This document shows positions 39,134 to 48,360 of a stretch of DNA of 64,000 nucleotides, one piece after another. Each line of letters begins with the position of its first letter. Position 1 is the stretch's first letter. The notes below the pieces were generated by a model, which worked only from the letters and a program-made list of their open reading frames with translations, ran no database searches and was not told the DNA's origin. The DNA is from Helicobacteraceae bacterium (GTDB lineage Bacteria > Campylobacterota > Campylobacteria > Campylobacterales > SZUA-545): positions 4,872 through 68,871 of the forward strand of contig JAIRNH010000056.1 of NCBI GenBank assembly GCA_031258155.1, in the 5' to 3' direction. Made by a program: the position numbers and the translations under genes.

Positions 39134-40500
39134 AACTCCCCGCGCGCAATAAATATATTCGCGCCGTTCTCGTATCGGCGCCAATCTCTGTTTTCGTCGC
39201 TTTTACGGTGTGGAGCGTTATCGACTATCTAACCTATTTCAGCGGCGGTTACGAACAGAACGTAAAAGAGGAGATTAACGCTTTTGATCGCACCGTGCGC
39301 GGCATTATAAACGAAAACGCGGCGGCGGGCGAGCCTTTAAGCGTAAAACACGCGCTTGATTACATTCAAATTCCGCCGTCGCTCGATCTGATCGTAAGCG
39401 AAGCGACAAGCAAAAACATCATATATTCGCATAGATATAGCGGACGCTGGTTAGACAGGTGTTGCGAAGGTCTATATTTGCGCTCAATAGTTACAAAGAC
39501 AATAGAGAACTACTCTTTTCAATACAGCTATTATATAATCCCAAAATTTTACGCCTCTTTTCTAAGAGCGATCAGTTTTTCTCTGTTGCCGGACTATATT
39601 ACGGATAAATATTTCAGCTTCTCAAAGTGGGCGGACAGTTTTTTCAGCTACTTCTGGGCGAGAAGCGCGGTATATTACGGAATGTTCCTGATTTCGTTCG
39701 TCGCCTTTTTCGCGTGGTCTATTAGAAATTTAAGCTACGACGAACAACGCCAAATCGCCTACGAGCTATTAAGCGAAGAGAGAGAACGGCTAGAGGCGAG
39801 CGCCAGCGAAGTTGAAAGATATAAAACGTCGCTGCTTGAGATAAACAAAATGATCGCGTTAAAACAACAAGAGTTAGAGATAAAGCACGACATTCTAAAG
39901 CGATCTATGAACAAGCGAAACAGCGCTCAGCTTTCAAAATCGATCGACGACGCAACAAAAGAGACGATCTCTCTCAAAAGCGAACGCGGGCGGCTCGAAC
40001 GAGAACTCGCCGCTATTAGCGACGTCCTGATCGAAGAGAGCAAAAATATACAAGATACGCAGATCAGCGCTAGGATTGCGGATATAAAAGTGGAGTTTTC
40101 GGAGCTTTTCGGCTCTAAAATGCCAAACGCTCTGATCGATCAAATATCAGAAGGTTTTTATCTTTACGAAAGAAGCCCTGAATATATATCGCAGATTATG
40201 CACGCATGGTTTAACGGGTTTGATTATTTGGTAAAAAAACTAGCCGAACCGTTCTGGCAGAGAAACAAAAAACATCTCCTGCTTGGCGAGGCGATTAAAA
40301 TAATCCGCAAAATATACGCTCCGCATCAGATTGACTATTACGAGCTAAAAGCCGTCGTAAATATGCGAAACAAATTTTCGCATTTTGAAACGGACGTATT
40401 AACGATAGATAATCTACGATCGCTTAAATCAAGACTGTTTGGTTACAAAAACACCGACGGGCTTTTCTATAAACTAGTCAATGTAAAAAACAAAAAATAA
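39130..40500 (+). CDS. two-TM, coiled-coil protein with C-terminal HEPN-like domain (RNxxxH); function unknown
   Basis: 456 aa; TM at about residues 11-33 and 178-198; heptad-rich region at about 205-320; NMRNKFSHF (R413-x4-H418, nt 40366-40383); overlaps minE stop (ATGA) and dprA start (TAATG); clearly lower G+C than neighbours. Confidence 0.85.
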   Translation: MKLPARNKYIRAVLVSAPISVFVAFTVWSVIDYLTYFSGGYEQNVKEEINAFDRTVRGIINENAAAGEPLSVKHALDYIQIPPSLDLIVSEATSKNIIYSHRYSGRWLDRCCEGLYLRSIVTKTIENYSFQYSYYIIPKFYASFLRAISFSLLPDYITDKYFSFSKWADSFFSYFWARSAVYYGMFLISFVAFFAWSIRNLSYDEQRQIAYELLSEERERLEASASEVERYKTSLLEINKMIALKQQELEIKHDILKRSMNKRNSAQLSKSIDDATKETISLKSERGRLERELAAISDVLIEESKNIQDTQISARIADIKVEFSELFGSKMPNALIDQISEGFYLYERSPEYISQIMHAWFNGFDYLVKKLAEPFWQRNKKHLLLGEAIKIIRKIYAPHQIDYYELKAVVNMRNKFSHFETDVLTIDNLRSLKSRLFGYKNTDGLFYKLVNVKNKK

Positions 40501-41267
40501 TGACTCGCCTAACAGAGATTCCCGCCGCGCTTCAAGCTATAGACAACCCTCCCAAAGCGCTCTACTACGAAGGCGATCTCTCCTTGCTTTCGCGCCCGCT
40601 TGTCGCGATCGTGGGCGCGAGGATAGCGTCAAACTACGCGAAAACTTGGACGAAACGAATCGCCGCCGCGCTTAAAGAGGCGGGCGCGGTCGTGGTAAGC
40701 GGCGGCGCTAACGGCGTGGATAGCGCCGCGCACGAGGCGGCTTTTCCAAACACGATCGCGATTCTAGCCGGTTCGATCGACAACGATAGGCGAAGGCATA
40801 TCGCGCCCGTCAAGCAAAACGCGCTTGTTTTAAGCGAGTTTGAAAAAGAAACCGCGCCTAGAAACTGGAGCTTCGTTCATCGCAATAGGCTAATTACGGG
40901 CATTGCCGCCGTCGTGTGCGTAACGCAAGCCGATCTAAAAAGCGGTTCTAGCGCTAGCTGCAATTTGGCTCTGCGGCAGAAAAAACCGCTCTTTACGCTG
41001 CCGCACCGCTTAGGAGAAAGCGAGGCGACTAACGCGCTATTAGCGAGCGGTAAAGCCAAAGCGATCTGGAGCGAAGAGACGATCTTAAACGCGCTTGGGC
41101 TTCGCGCCGCGCCCAAAGAGAGCGATCCCGTGCTGCTTTTCGCCGCCGATCGCCCTCTTTTTGAAAGCGCGCTCGATAAGTTCGGCGCGATCGTCTATGA
41201 ATACGAGCTTGCGGGGAAAATCGTCGTAAGAGACGGAAGGATCGAGCTTGCCGACGTTAGCTATTGA
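40500..41267 (+). CDS. dprA: DNA processing protein DprA (short form)
   Basis: 255 aa; GGANGVDSAAHEAA Rossmann-like DprA motif. Confidence 0.85.
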   Translation: MTRLTEIPAALQAIDNPPKALYYEGDLSLLSRPLVAIVGARIASNYAKTWTKRIAAALKEAGAVVVSGGANGVDSAAHEAAFPNTIAILAGSIDNDRRRHIAPVKQNALVLSEFEKETAPRNWSFVHRNRLITGIAAVVCVTQADLKSGSSASCNLALRQKKPLFTLPHRLGESEATNALLASGKAKAIWSEETILNALGLRAAPKESDPVLLFAADRPLFESALDKFGAIVYEYELAGKIVVRDGRIELADVSY

Positions 41268-41643
41268 TCTTGGCTTAAAACGAATCGGTCTCGCCTACTC
41301 GCCAGATAATAAGTTGGCTCTGCCGCTTAACGCGATTATCCGCAAGAACCGAAATCAAGCGGCGTTGGCGGCGTTTAATATCGCCGTCGAATATAATATC
41401 GACAGGATTGTTATAGGCGCGCCGATCGGCTCCGCCAGCGAAAACGAGATGCGCCGTCGCGCGGAACATTTTATAGGACTAACTAAATTGAGCGTCCCGA
41501 TCTTTTTTCAGGACGAGGCGTTTAGCTCGCAAGAGGCGAGCGAGCGCGCTAAAGGTCGTTTGGGCAAAACCAAAGACGGTCGGCTCGATTCGCTTGCGGC
41601 GCTGATAATTTTGGAAAGATTTCTGGAACAAAAACATGCGTAG
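41248..41643 (+). CDS. ruvX: YqgF/RuvX Holliday-junction-resolvase-like pre-16S rRNA nuclease
   Basis: 131 aa; LAIDLGLKRIGLAYS N-terminal motif. Confidence 0.85.
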   Translation: MPTLAIDLGLKRIGLAYSPDNKLALPLNAIIRKNRNQAALAAFNIAVEYNIDRIVIGAPIGSASENEMRRRAEHFIGLTKLSVPIFFQDEAFSSQEASERAKGRLGKTKDGRLDSLAALIILERFLEQKHA

Positions 41644-41743
41644 CTTTATCTGGATAAAGATCGTTGTAACCGTTGCGCTTATCGCCTTCGCGCTATCGCG
41701 GGAAAGTTTTAGAGCGCTTATAAAAAATGCGTTTGGAAGCTAG
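41636..41743 (+). CDS. possible 35-aa single-TM mini-protein
   Basis: ATG overlaps the ruvX stop by 8 nt; MRSFIWIKIVVTVALIAFALSRESFRALIKNAFGS; no independent support. Confidence 0.25.
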   Translation: MRSFIWIKIVVTVALIAFALSRESFRALIKNAFGS

Positions 41744-41801
41744 GCTTATCCGCTTTCGCGTATAGATCGCCGCGTTGAACGATATTTGAGGGATTGAAGT
41801 T

Positions 41802-42593
41802 ATGATTATAGACACGCATATTCACCTAGATCATCGCGACTACGACGACGATCTAATCGAGGTTATAGCGCGAGCGCGAGAAGCGAACGTCGGCGCGTTT
41901 ATTATTCCGGGCGCAGACCCTAGCGATCTAGGCAAAGCCGAGGCGATCGCCAGATCAAACGAAGATATCTTGTTTGCCGTCGGCGCGCACCCATACGATA
42001 TTGATCGTTTCGACGAAGCGGCTATGTCGCCGTTCTTGGTTAATCCAAAATGCGTCGCCGTCGGCGAGTGCGGGCTGGATTATTTTCGCCTGCCAAAAGA
42101 GCCAAATCAAGCCGCCGCGATCAAAGATCGGCAGCGGGCGATCTTTCGGCGACATATTGAAATAGCAAACGATCGCAAACTGCCGCTGATCGTCCATATC
42201 CGCGACGCTTCGAGCGACGCTTTAGAGGCGTTGCAATTCGCCAAAACGGGCGGGGTTTTACACTGCTTTACGGGCGACGAGCGGCTTTTGAGCCTCGCCG
42301 ATCGCGGTTTTTATTTTGGTATCGGCGGCGCGCTAACCTTCGCAAACGCGCAAAAGTTGCGCGACGTTACGGCGAATATTCCGCTCAATCGCGTCGTTCT
42401 TGAAACCGACGCGCCCTATCTCGCGCCCGCTCCGCATAGAGGCAAGCGCAACGAGAGCGCTTTTTTAGAGTTTGTCGTCCAAAAACTAGCGGAAATTAAA
42501 GGGCTGCCGCGCGAGACGATCATCCGCGAAACGACGCGAAACGCGTTCGATTGTTTCTCTCTTAAGCCCTTTTTGGCAAAAATTATCGGTTAA
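41802..42593 (+). CDS. tatD: TatD family metal-dependent hydrolase/DNase
   Basis: 263 aa; IIDTHIHLD; GECGLDYF; VLETDAPYL. Confidence 0.85.
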   Translation: MIIDTHIHLDHRDYDDDLIEVIARAREANVGAFIIPGADPSDLGKAEAIARSNEDILFAVGAHPYDIDRFDEAAMSPFLVNPKCVAVGECGLDYFRLPKEPNQAAAIKDRQRAIFRRHIEIANDRKLPLIVHIRDASSDALEALQFAKTGGVLHCFTGDERLLSLADRGFYFGIGGALTFANAQKLRDVTANIPLNRVVLETDAPYLAPAPHRGKRNESAFLEFVVQKLAEIKGLPRETIIRETTRNAFDCFSLKPFLAKIIG

Positions 42594-42619
42594 ATCAATC
42601 AATTTAGGAGTTAGCGATA

Positions 42620-42943
42620 ATGGGACAAGTTACCGAAACAACAACGGAAACTTTTGACGAGAAGGTCAAAGAGGGCGTAAGTCTAGTTGATTTTTGGGCG
42701 CCTTGGTGCGGTCCGTGCCGAATGATCGCGCCGTTGATCGAAGAGTTGGCGGGGCAATACAAGGACAAGGTTAGCGTAGGCAAAGTGAACGTAGATGAAA
42801 ATCAAGACTTAGCCGCGCGTTTTGGCGTGCGATCCGTTCCTACGATCCTCTTTTTCAAAGACGGCGAGCAGGTCGATAGCATAGTTGGTCTTCAACCGAA
42901 ACAGAAGTTCGCGGAGAAGCTCGACGCTCTTATCGGCGCCTGA
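42620..42943 (+). CDS. trxA: thioredoxin
   Basis: 107 aa; WAPWCGPCRM active site. Confidence 0.9.
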   Translation: MGQVTETTTETFDEKVKEGVSLVDFWAPWCGPCRMIAPLIEELAGQYKDKVSVGKVNVDENQDLAARFGVRSVPTILFFKDGEQVDSIVGLQPKQKFAEKLDALIGA

Positions 42944-42975
42944 TAAAGCCGAAAACTCGGTGAAAGATTAGCGTT

Positions 42976-43425
42976 TTGCGTCGCGGCGCGTTTCGCCTCA
43001 GAGGGGCGATGTTCTCGTCGTTCTTCGTCGCCGCTATGGCGGCGGCGAGTTTTGTTTATTACAACTACAAGTTTTCGCGCTTTAACTTTATCGACTTTGG
43101 TCAGTGGACGTTCTACACGGGCGACGGCGATATATTCGCCCCGACGGAGGAAGCCTATATTCTCATAATTTACAGCGAGATGCAAGAGGACGCGCGGTCG
43201 GTGATAAAGCGCGTCAAAAACGTTAAAAACCTGACGATTCTTGCCGTCGATCTCGCGCAGGGGCGCAAACCTAGCGAAAACGGCGCGATCTATATGACGG
43301 CTGGAATAAACACGCTCTTAAACGTCGTGCATAGATTTCACATAACCAAATCGCCGAGCGTTTTACTGCTTGAAAGGCAAAAAGGCGATCTATATAAACA
43401 AGGAACGCTGATTGAGGTTCTATAG
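42976..43425 (+). CDS. membrane-anchored hypothetical protein, possibly a thioredoxin-like fold without CxxC
   Basis: 149 aa (138 aa from the ATG at 43009); N-terminal TM; beta-alpha pattern with ITKSPSVLLL resembling the Trx cis-Pro strand; no Cys pair. Confidence 0.55.
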   Translation: MRRGAFRLRGAMFSSFFVAAMAAASFVYYNYKFSRFNFIDFGQWTFYTGDGDIFAPTEEAYILIIYSEMQEDARSVIKRVKNVKNLTILAVDLAQGRKPSENGAIYMTAGINTLLNVVHRFHITKSPSVLLLERQKGDLYKQGTLIEVL

Positions 43426-43470
43426 CGGCTCTTTTGCTATGATAATAGTTTAGCAATCAAGGAGAACGTT

Positions 43471-44415
43471 ATGTTAGATTTAGCGATTATAGGCGGCGGT
43501 CCCGCGGGATTAACGGCGGGTTTATACGCCGCGAGAGGCGGCGTGAAAAACGTCGTTTTGTTTGAACCCGCTATGCCGGGCGGACAGATTACCCAATCGA
43601 GCGAAATAGAAAATTATCCGGGTAAATTAGAGGTTATTAGCGGCATGGAGTTTATGCAAAGCTGGTTGCCGCAGGCGCAAAAATTCGGCTTAAAACACGA
43701 GAGCGACGAGATCGCGCGAGTCGCCAAAAGCGATCAGGGGATTTTTATCCTTACGACAAGCGGCGGTAAAACGATCGAAGCCAAAGCGGTAATTTTCGCC
43801 ACAGGCTCCGTCCCGAAAAAGATCGGCTTCGAGGGAGAGGACGAATTTTTTGGTCGAGGCGTGAGCGTATGCGCCACCTGCGACGGCTTTTTTTACAGGG
43901 GCAAAGAGGTCGCGATCATAGGCGGCGGCGACGCGGCTTTGGAGGAGGCGATCTATCTGGCGAAAACCTGCAAAAAGGTCTATATAATCCATCGCAGAGA
44001 GGGCTTTCGCGCCGCGCCTTCGACGGTTGAGAGGGCAAAAGCGGAGCAAAACATAGAGTTTGTTCTTAACGCCAAGCCAATTAAAATTTTAGGCGATTCG
44101 CAAAACGGCGTAACGGGAGTCAAGGTGGCGATCGACTCCAAAGGCGAGATCGATATAAATGTTCCGGGCGTGTTCGTATTTGTCGGCAGAAGCGTAAAAA
44201 ACGAACCGCTTAAAGATCAAAAAGGCGGCTTTATCTGCGCGACCAACGATAAGGGCGAAGTTATAGTCGATCTTAAAATGCGAACTAATTTAGAGGGATT
44301 TTTCGTCGCGGGAGACGTTCGCGCCGACTCGCCAAAACAGGTGGTGTGCGCCGCGTCCGACGGCGCTATATCCGCTCTTAGCGCGATCGAGTATTTAGAG
44401 CGAAAGAGAGGCTAA
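43471..44415 (+). CDS. trxB: thioredoxin-disulfide reductase
   Basis: 314 aa; GGGPAG FAD motif; redox-active CATCDG; GGGDAA NADPH motif. Confidence 0.95.
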   Translation: MLDLAIIGGGPAGLTAGLYAARGGVKNVVLFEPAMPGGQITQSSEIENYPGKLEVISGMEFMQSWLPQAQKFGLKHESDEIARVAKSDQGIFILTTSGGKTIEAKAVIFATGSVPKKIGFEGEDEFFGRGVSVCATCDGFFYRGKEVAIIGGGDAALEEAIYLAKTCKKVYIIHRREGFRAAPSTVERAKAEQNIEFVLNAKPIKILGDSQNGVTGVKVAIDSKGEIDINVPGVFVFVGRSVKNEPLKDQKGGFICATNDKGEVIVDLKMRTNLEGFFVAGDVRADSPKQVVCAASDGAISALSAIEYLERKRG

Positions 44416-44416
44416 A

Positions 44417-45187
44417 ATGGCGCGATTTGGGATATACGGCGCCAACGGACGAATGGGCAAACTGCTTTGCGCTCATCTCGCGGCGCATAACGAGCATAGT
44501 TTGGCGAGCGTCTTCGTTCGAGAAAAACTCGATTTTTCTTTGCCGCCGCAAACGCTTGCGACAAACGATCTACGCGCTTTCCTAAACGAAACGCAAATAG
44601 CGGTGGATTTCACCTCTCCAAGCGGAACCGAAACGCTGCTTGAAGCCGCGCTAAACGGCAAATCGCCCCCGCTTGTTATCGGGACGACGGGGCTTAACTC
44701 GCACCAACAGAACCTGCTTAAACAGGCGGCGGAGAAAACGCCTATACTCTACGCGACCAATATGTCGCTTGGGATCGCGCTGCTAGACAATCTTGTTTAT
44801 GCCGCCGCGAAAGCGTTAAAGGATTTCGACGTAGAGATTACCGACATGCACCACAACCGCAAAAAAGACGCGCCAAGCGGCACCGCGCTTAGCCTCGCGG
44901 CAAGCGTCGCGAAAGCGCGCGAAACGGAGCTTGACAAAGCTATGGTAAGCGGGCGAAACGGCTCGATCGGCGAGCGGGCGAAAGAGGAGATAGGCGTTTT
45001 TAGTTTGCGCGGCGGCGATATTGTCGGCGAACATACCGTCGGCTTTTACGGCGAGGGCGAATATATCCGCTTTACGCACGCCGCCACAAGCCGCTCCACC
45101 TTCGCCGTCGGCGCGATCAAGGCGGGAGCTTGGCTTCTATCTCAGCCAAACGGCTTGTATTCGATCCGGGATTACTTCCAGCTCTAA
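44417..45187 (+). CDS. dapB: 4-hydroxy-tetrahydrodipicolinate reductase
   Basis: 256 aa; EITDMHHNRKKDAPSGTA signature. Confidence 0.9.
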   Translation: MARFGIYGANGRMGKLLCAHLAAHNEHSLASVFVREKLDFSLPPQTLATNDLRAFLNETQIAVDFTSPSGTETLLEAALNGKSPPLVIGTTGLNSHQQNLLKQAAEKTPILYATNMSLGIALLDNLVYAAAKALKDFDVEITDMHHNRKKDAPSGTALSLAASVAKARETELDKAMVSGRNGSIGERAKEEIGVFSLRGGDIVGEHTVGFYGEGEYIRFTHAATSRSTFAVGAIKAGAWLLSQPNGLYSIRDYFQL

Positions 45188-45199
45188 AGGGAGGATTTT

Positions 45200-46546
45200 T
45201 TGCGCGATCTTCAGGAAAAATGCGCGGTAGTCGGCGTTTTCGGCGTTAAGAGCGCCGCCAAAATAGCCTATTTGGGGCTTTACGCTATGCAACATCGCGG
45301 GCAGGAGGCTACGGGCATATCGGTCAGCAACGGCAAAAAAATCTCTACGATAAAAAACCGCGGGCTTGTGTCGATGGTTTATGACGAGCAGATGTTGGGA
45401 AAATTACGCGGCGAAAGCGCGATCGGACACAACCGCTACTCTACGGCGGGAGAGGACTCCATTCTCGACGCGCAACCCGTTTTCGCCCGTTACGCGCTAG
45501 GCGAAATGGCGATCGCGCACAACGGCAACTTTCCAAATTGGCTCCAAGTGCGCGATAAGCTGATCGAAAACGGCGCAATCTTCAGCAGCTCTATGGACAC
45601 GGAAAACCTTATCCACCTGATCGCCCAGAGCAAAGATTCGCGGTTGCGCCTTAGAATCCTCGACGCGCTAAAACAAGTTGACGGCGCTTACTCCCTGCTC
45701 TTTTTAAGCCGCACGAAACTATTTGTCGCGCGCGATCCGCAGGGTTTTCGCCCTCTTTCGTTGGCGCGAATCGGCGACGGATATATGATCGCCAGCGAAA
45801 CCTGCGCCTTTGATCTAGCGGGGGCGACCTATATCCGCGATATAGAACCGGGCGAAATGATCGCGTTTGAAAGAGGCAAGGAACCGGAGTCGATCCGCTT
45901 TGCCAAAAGCGAGCCGAAACACTGTATTTTTGAGCATATCTACTTTGCCAGACCCGATAGTTTTCTCTGCGGCGAAAGCGTATATGCCGTGCGCAAAGAG
46001 CTAGGCAGGTTGTTGTGGCGCGAAGATCCGATCGAGGCGGATATGGTTATCCCCGTTCCGGACTCCAGCATTCCGCACGCGATCGGCTACGCGCAGGAAA
46101 GCTCCATGCCTTTCGAGCTTGGCATTATTCGCAACCACTACGTCGGCAGAACGTTTATCGAGCCGCTTCAGGAGATTCGCGATCTGAAAGTCAAAAGAAA
46201 ACTTAGCCCGATCAAAGAGCTAATTAGCGGCAAACGGCTTGTTATCGTCGATGATAGCATAGTGCGCGGCACGACAAGCCGCAAGATCGTATCGCTATTA
46301 AAAGAGTGCGGCGCAAAAGAGGTGCATATGCGAATCGCCTCGCCCGCCATCGTTTTTCCCTGTTTTTACGGCATAGACACGCCCCACCAAAGCGAGTTAA
46401 TCAGCTACAAAATGCGTTCCGACGAAATATGCGCCTACCTCAAAGCGGACTCTTTGCGCTTTTTGTCGATCGACGCGCTGAAAAAGGCGGTGCACGATCA
46501 CAACGACTTCTGCCTTAGCTGTTTTGACGGGCGGTATTTTCACTGA
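45200..46546 (+). CDS. purF: amidophosphoribosyltransferase
   Basis: 448 aa; TTG start; propeptide then catalytic CAVVGVFG; PRTase motif VIVDDSIVRGTT. Confidence 0.9.
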   Translation: MRDLQEKCAVVGVFGVKSAAKIAYLGLYAMQHRGQEATGISVSNGKKISTIKNRGLVSMVYDEQMLGKLRGESAIGHNRYSTAGEDSILDAQPVFARYALGEMAIAHNGNFPNWLQVRDKLIENGAIFSSSMDTENLIHLIAQSKDSRLRLRILDALKQVDGAYSLLFLSRTKLFVARDPQGFRPLSLARIGDGYMIASETCAFDLAGATYIRDIEPGEMIAFERGKEPESIRFAKSEPKHCIFEHIYFARPDSFLCGESVYAVRKELGRLLWREDPIEADMVIPVPDSSIPHAIGYAQESSMPFELGIIRNHYVGRTFIEPLQEIRDLKVKRKLSPIKELISGKRLVIVDDSIVRGTTSRKIVSLLKECGAKEVHMRIASPAIVFPCFYGIDTPHQSELISYKMRSDEICAYLKADSLRFLSIDALKKAVHDHNDFCLSCFDGRYFH

Positions 46547-46548
46547 CG

Positions 46549-47457
46549 ATGAAAGTTTTGCCCACCTTCGGGCGGTATCTGCGGCGGCGCTTTGGCTTTC
46601 CCGTCGTCAAAATCCCGCTTTCGATCCCAGCCTTCACCTGCCCTAATATAGACGGCAGATACGCTCGCGGCGGTTGCTCCTATTGCGTTAATGAATCGTT
46701 TAGCCCAAATCTCGCGAAAAGCCCCGCGATCGCTACTTTGGATACGCAGTTATCCGCGTTGCGAAAGCAATACCGCGAGAGCGCGAAAACGCTCGGCGCT
46801 CTTGGCTTTAAGGGTTTTTTAGCCTACTTTCAATCCTTTTCTAACACCTACGCGCCGCTTGAGACGCTTAAAGCTCTGCACGCCGCCGCTATGCGGTTAA
46901 AGAAATGCGTCGGGATCAGTATCGGCACGAGAGCCGACTGCATAGACGACGAAATACTAGAGTATATATGCGATCTAAACAGGCGAACCTATCTGTGGAT
47001 CGAAATCGGCGCGCAAAGCTCGCATAACGACGCTCTGGAGGCGATCAACCGCAGCGAAACTTTTGAGGTCGTAGCGCGAACGATCGCTAAATTAAAATCG
47101 CGCGGCGTAAGAGTTTGCGCTCATACGATTTTCGGGTTGCCCGCCGAAACGGACGATATGATTATGCAGACAATCGATCGCGTAGCGGCGCTGAATATCG
47201 ACGCGATAAAAATACACCCGCTATATATCGTTAAAAACGCCGCGATCGCAAAAACAGACGTCGAGCCGCTCTCGATCGAGCGATATTTGAATCTGCTTAC
47301 GGCGGCGATCAAACGGCTCCCTTCAAATATAATCTATCAGCGCGTCAGCGCGGGAACGGACGATAAGAGTCTGATCGCGCCGCTATGGTGCAAAAACAAA
47401 AACCTCGCTATGGGCGCTATCAGAGAGCGCTTGCTTAAAGAAGGCTTTATCTATTAA
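46549..47457 (+). CDS. TIGR01212-type radical SAM protein
   Basis: 302 aa; CPNIDGRYARGGCSYC cluster motif. Confidence 0.8.
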   Translation: MKVLPTFGRYLRRRFGFPVVKIPLSIPAFTCPNIDGRYARGGCSYCVNESFSPNLAKSPAIATLDTQLSALRKQYRESAKTLGALGFKGFLAYFQSFSNTYAPLETLKALHAAAMRLKKCVGISIGTRADCIDDEILEYICDLNRRTYLWIEIGAQSSHNDALEAINRSETFEVVARTIAKLKSRGVRVCAHTIFGLPAETDDMIMQTIDRVAALNIDAIKIHPLYIVKNAAIAKTDVEPLSIERYLNLLTAAIKRLPSNIIYQRVSAGTDDKSLIAPLWCKNKNLAMGAIRERLLKEGFIY

Positions 47458-47684
47458 ACGGGCGCTATTAAAAAAAGCGAATAAACCGCTCTCGCGATCG
47501 CGCGCGGCGGCGTTGGCAAAACCGCCGATCGTTAAAGGTTTATAGACTCGTTTAAGGAGTTTTGCAAGAGGTCTTAAAGAGAATGTTAGACGCTTTATGC
47601 GAGCTGATATTCGGTTCAGCCCAAAACGAGATTTTGGGCGGATAAATAAATTAACGCCGAACTGGCGTTGCAAAGAGTAGATAG

Positions 47685-47864
47685 CTTTTCGGCGCAAGCG
47701 TCTCTTTTTATATGCAAATAAACGGCGTTGAAAGGCTTTATGAAGAGTTAAAAAGTAAAAACCTTCAAGTCTCTGAACTAAAATTGACATGGTATGGGGC
47801 GCAAGAGTTTTACGTTAAAGACGACAACGGCTATATTTTAGGTTTTGCCGAAGATAAATCTTAA
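47685..47864 (+). pseudogene. C-terminal remnant of a VOC (glyoxalase/bleomycin-resistance) family gene
   Basis: 59 codons open after a TAG: ...INGVERLYEELKSKNLQVSELKLTWYGAQEFYVKDDNGYILGFAEDKS*. This matches the last beta-alpha-beta-beta-beta module of VOC proteins. No N-terminal half was recognised upstream. Confidence 0.5.
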
Positions 47865-48219
47865 TCGTTGGCGCGCGCGGCTCGATAAATTGAGGGGCGA
47901 CGTTAAATTGCCTTTGAAATCGGACGCGCTCGTCGATAATGCAAGCGGCGTTAAACGCGTCGTCGCTTAGGCTCGAACGGCGATCAGGCTATCGAGCGCG
48001 ACAACGCCGCGTCTAGGTCGTTTAATACTCTACGAAACAACCTATCTCGTTCCCATAGGGCGCGGATTACGGGAGCGTAGCCGTCGCGAGATCGAGGCTT
48101 GGCGGCGCGCTTATTTTTCAGCCTAAAAGGTAAAATTGACTCGGCTAAGTCTCTTTGACGATTGTTTGCGCTACGCTACTCCTAGTTGGCGAAGTAACTA
48201 CCGCAAGAAAGGATAGACA

Positions 48220-48360
48220 ATGACAGGCGCAATCATAGCTTACGGCGTATATGGCGTTCTATCGGTTTTTGCCGTATTGATGATCATTGGTCAATACCGA
48301 GAGAGCCGTAGAAACAGTAATAGATTTGGACGGCGAAACCGAACTCCAACCGCCGTTTAA
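48220..48360 (+). CDS. candidate 46-aa mini-protein: one TM helix plus a very basic tail
   Basis: MTGAIIAYGVYGVLSVFAVLMIIGQYRESRRNSNRFGRRNRTPTAV; AAAGGA 6 nt upstream of the ATG; sits in a gene-poor region. Confidence 0.35.
   Translation: MTGAIIAYGVYGVLSVFAVLMIIGQYRESRRNSNRFGRRNRTPTAV

Noticed and set aside
47383-47790. 135-aa minus-strand ORF
   Set aside because: It overlaps the 3' end of the radical-SAM gene and lies antisense to the VOC remnant. It is Arg/Lys/Phe-rich with low complexity and has no recognisable domain.
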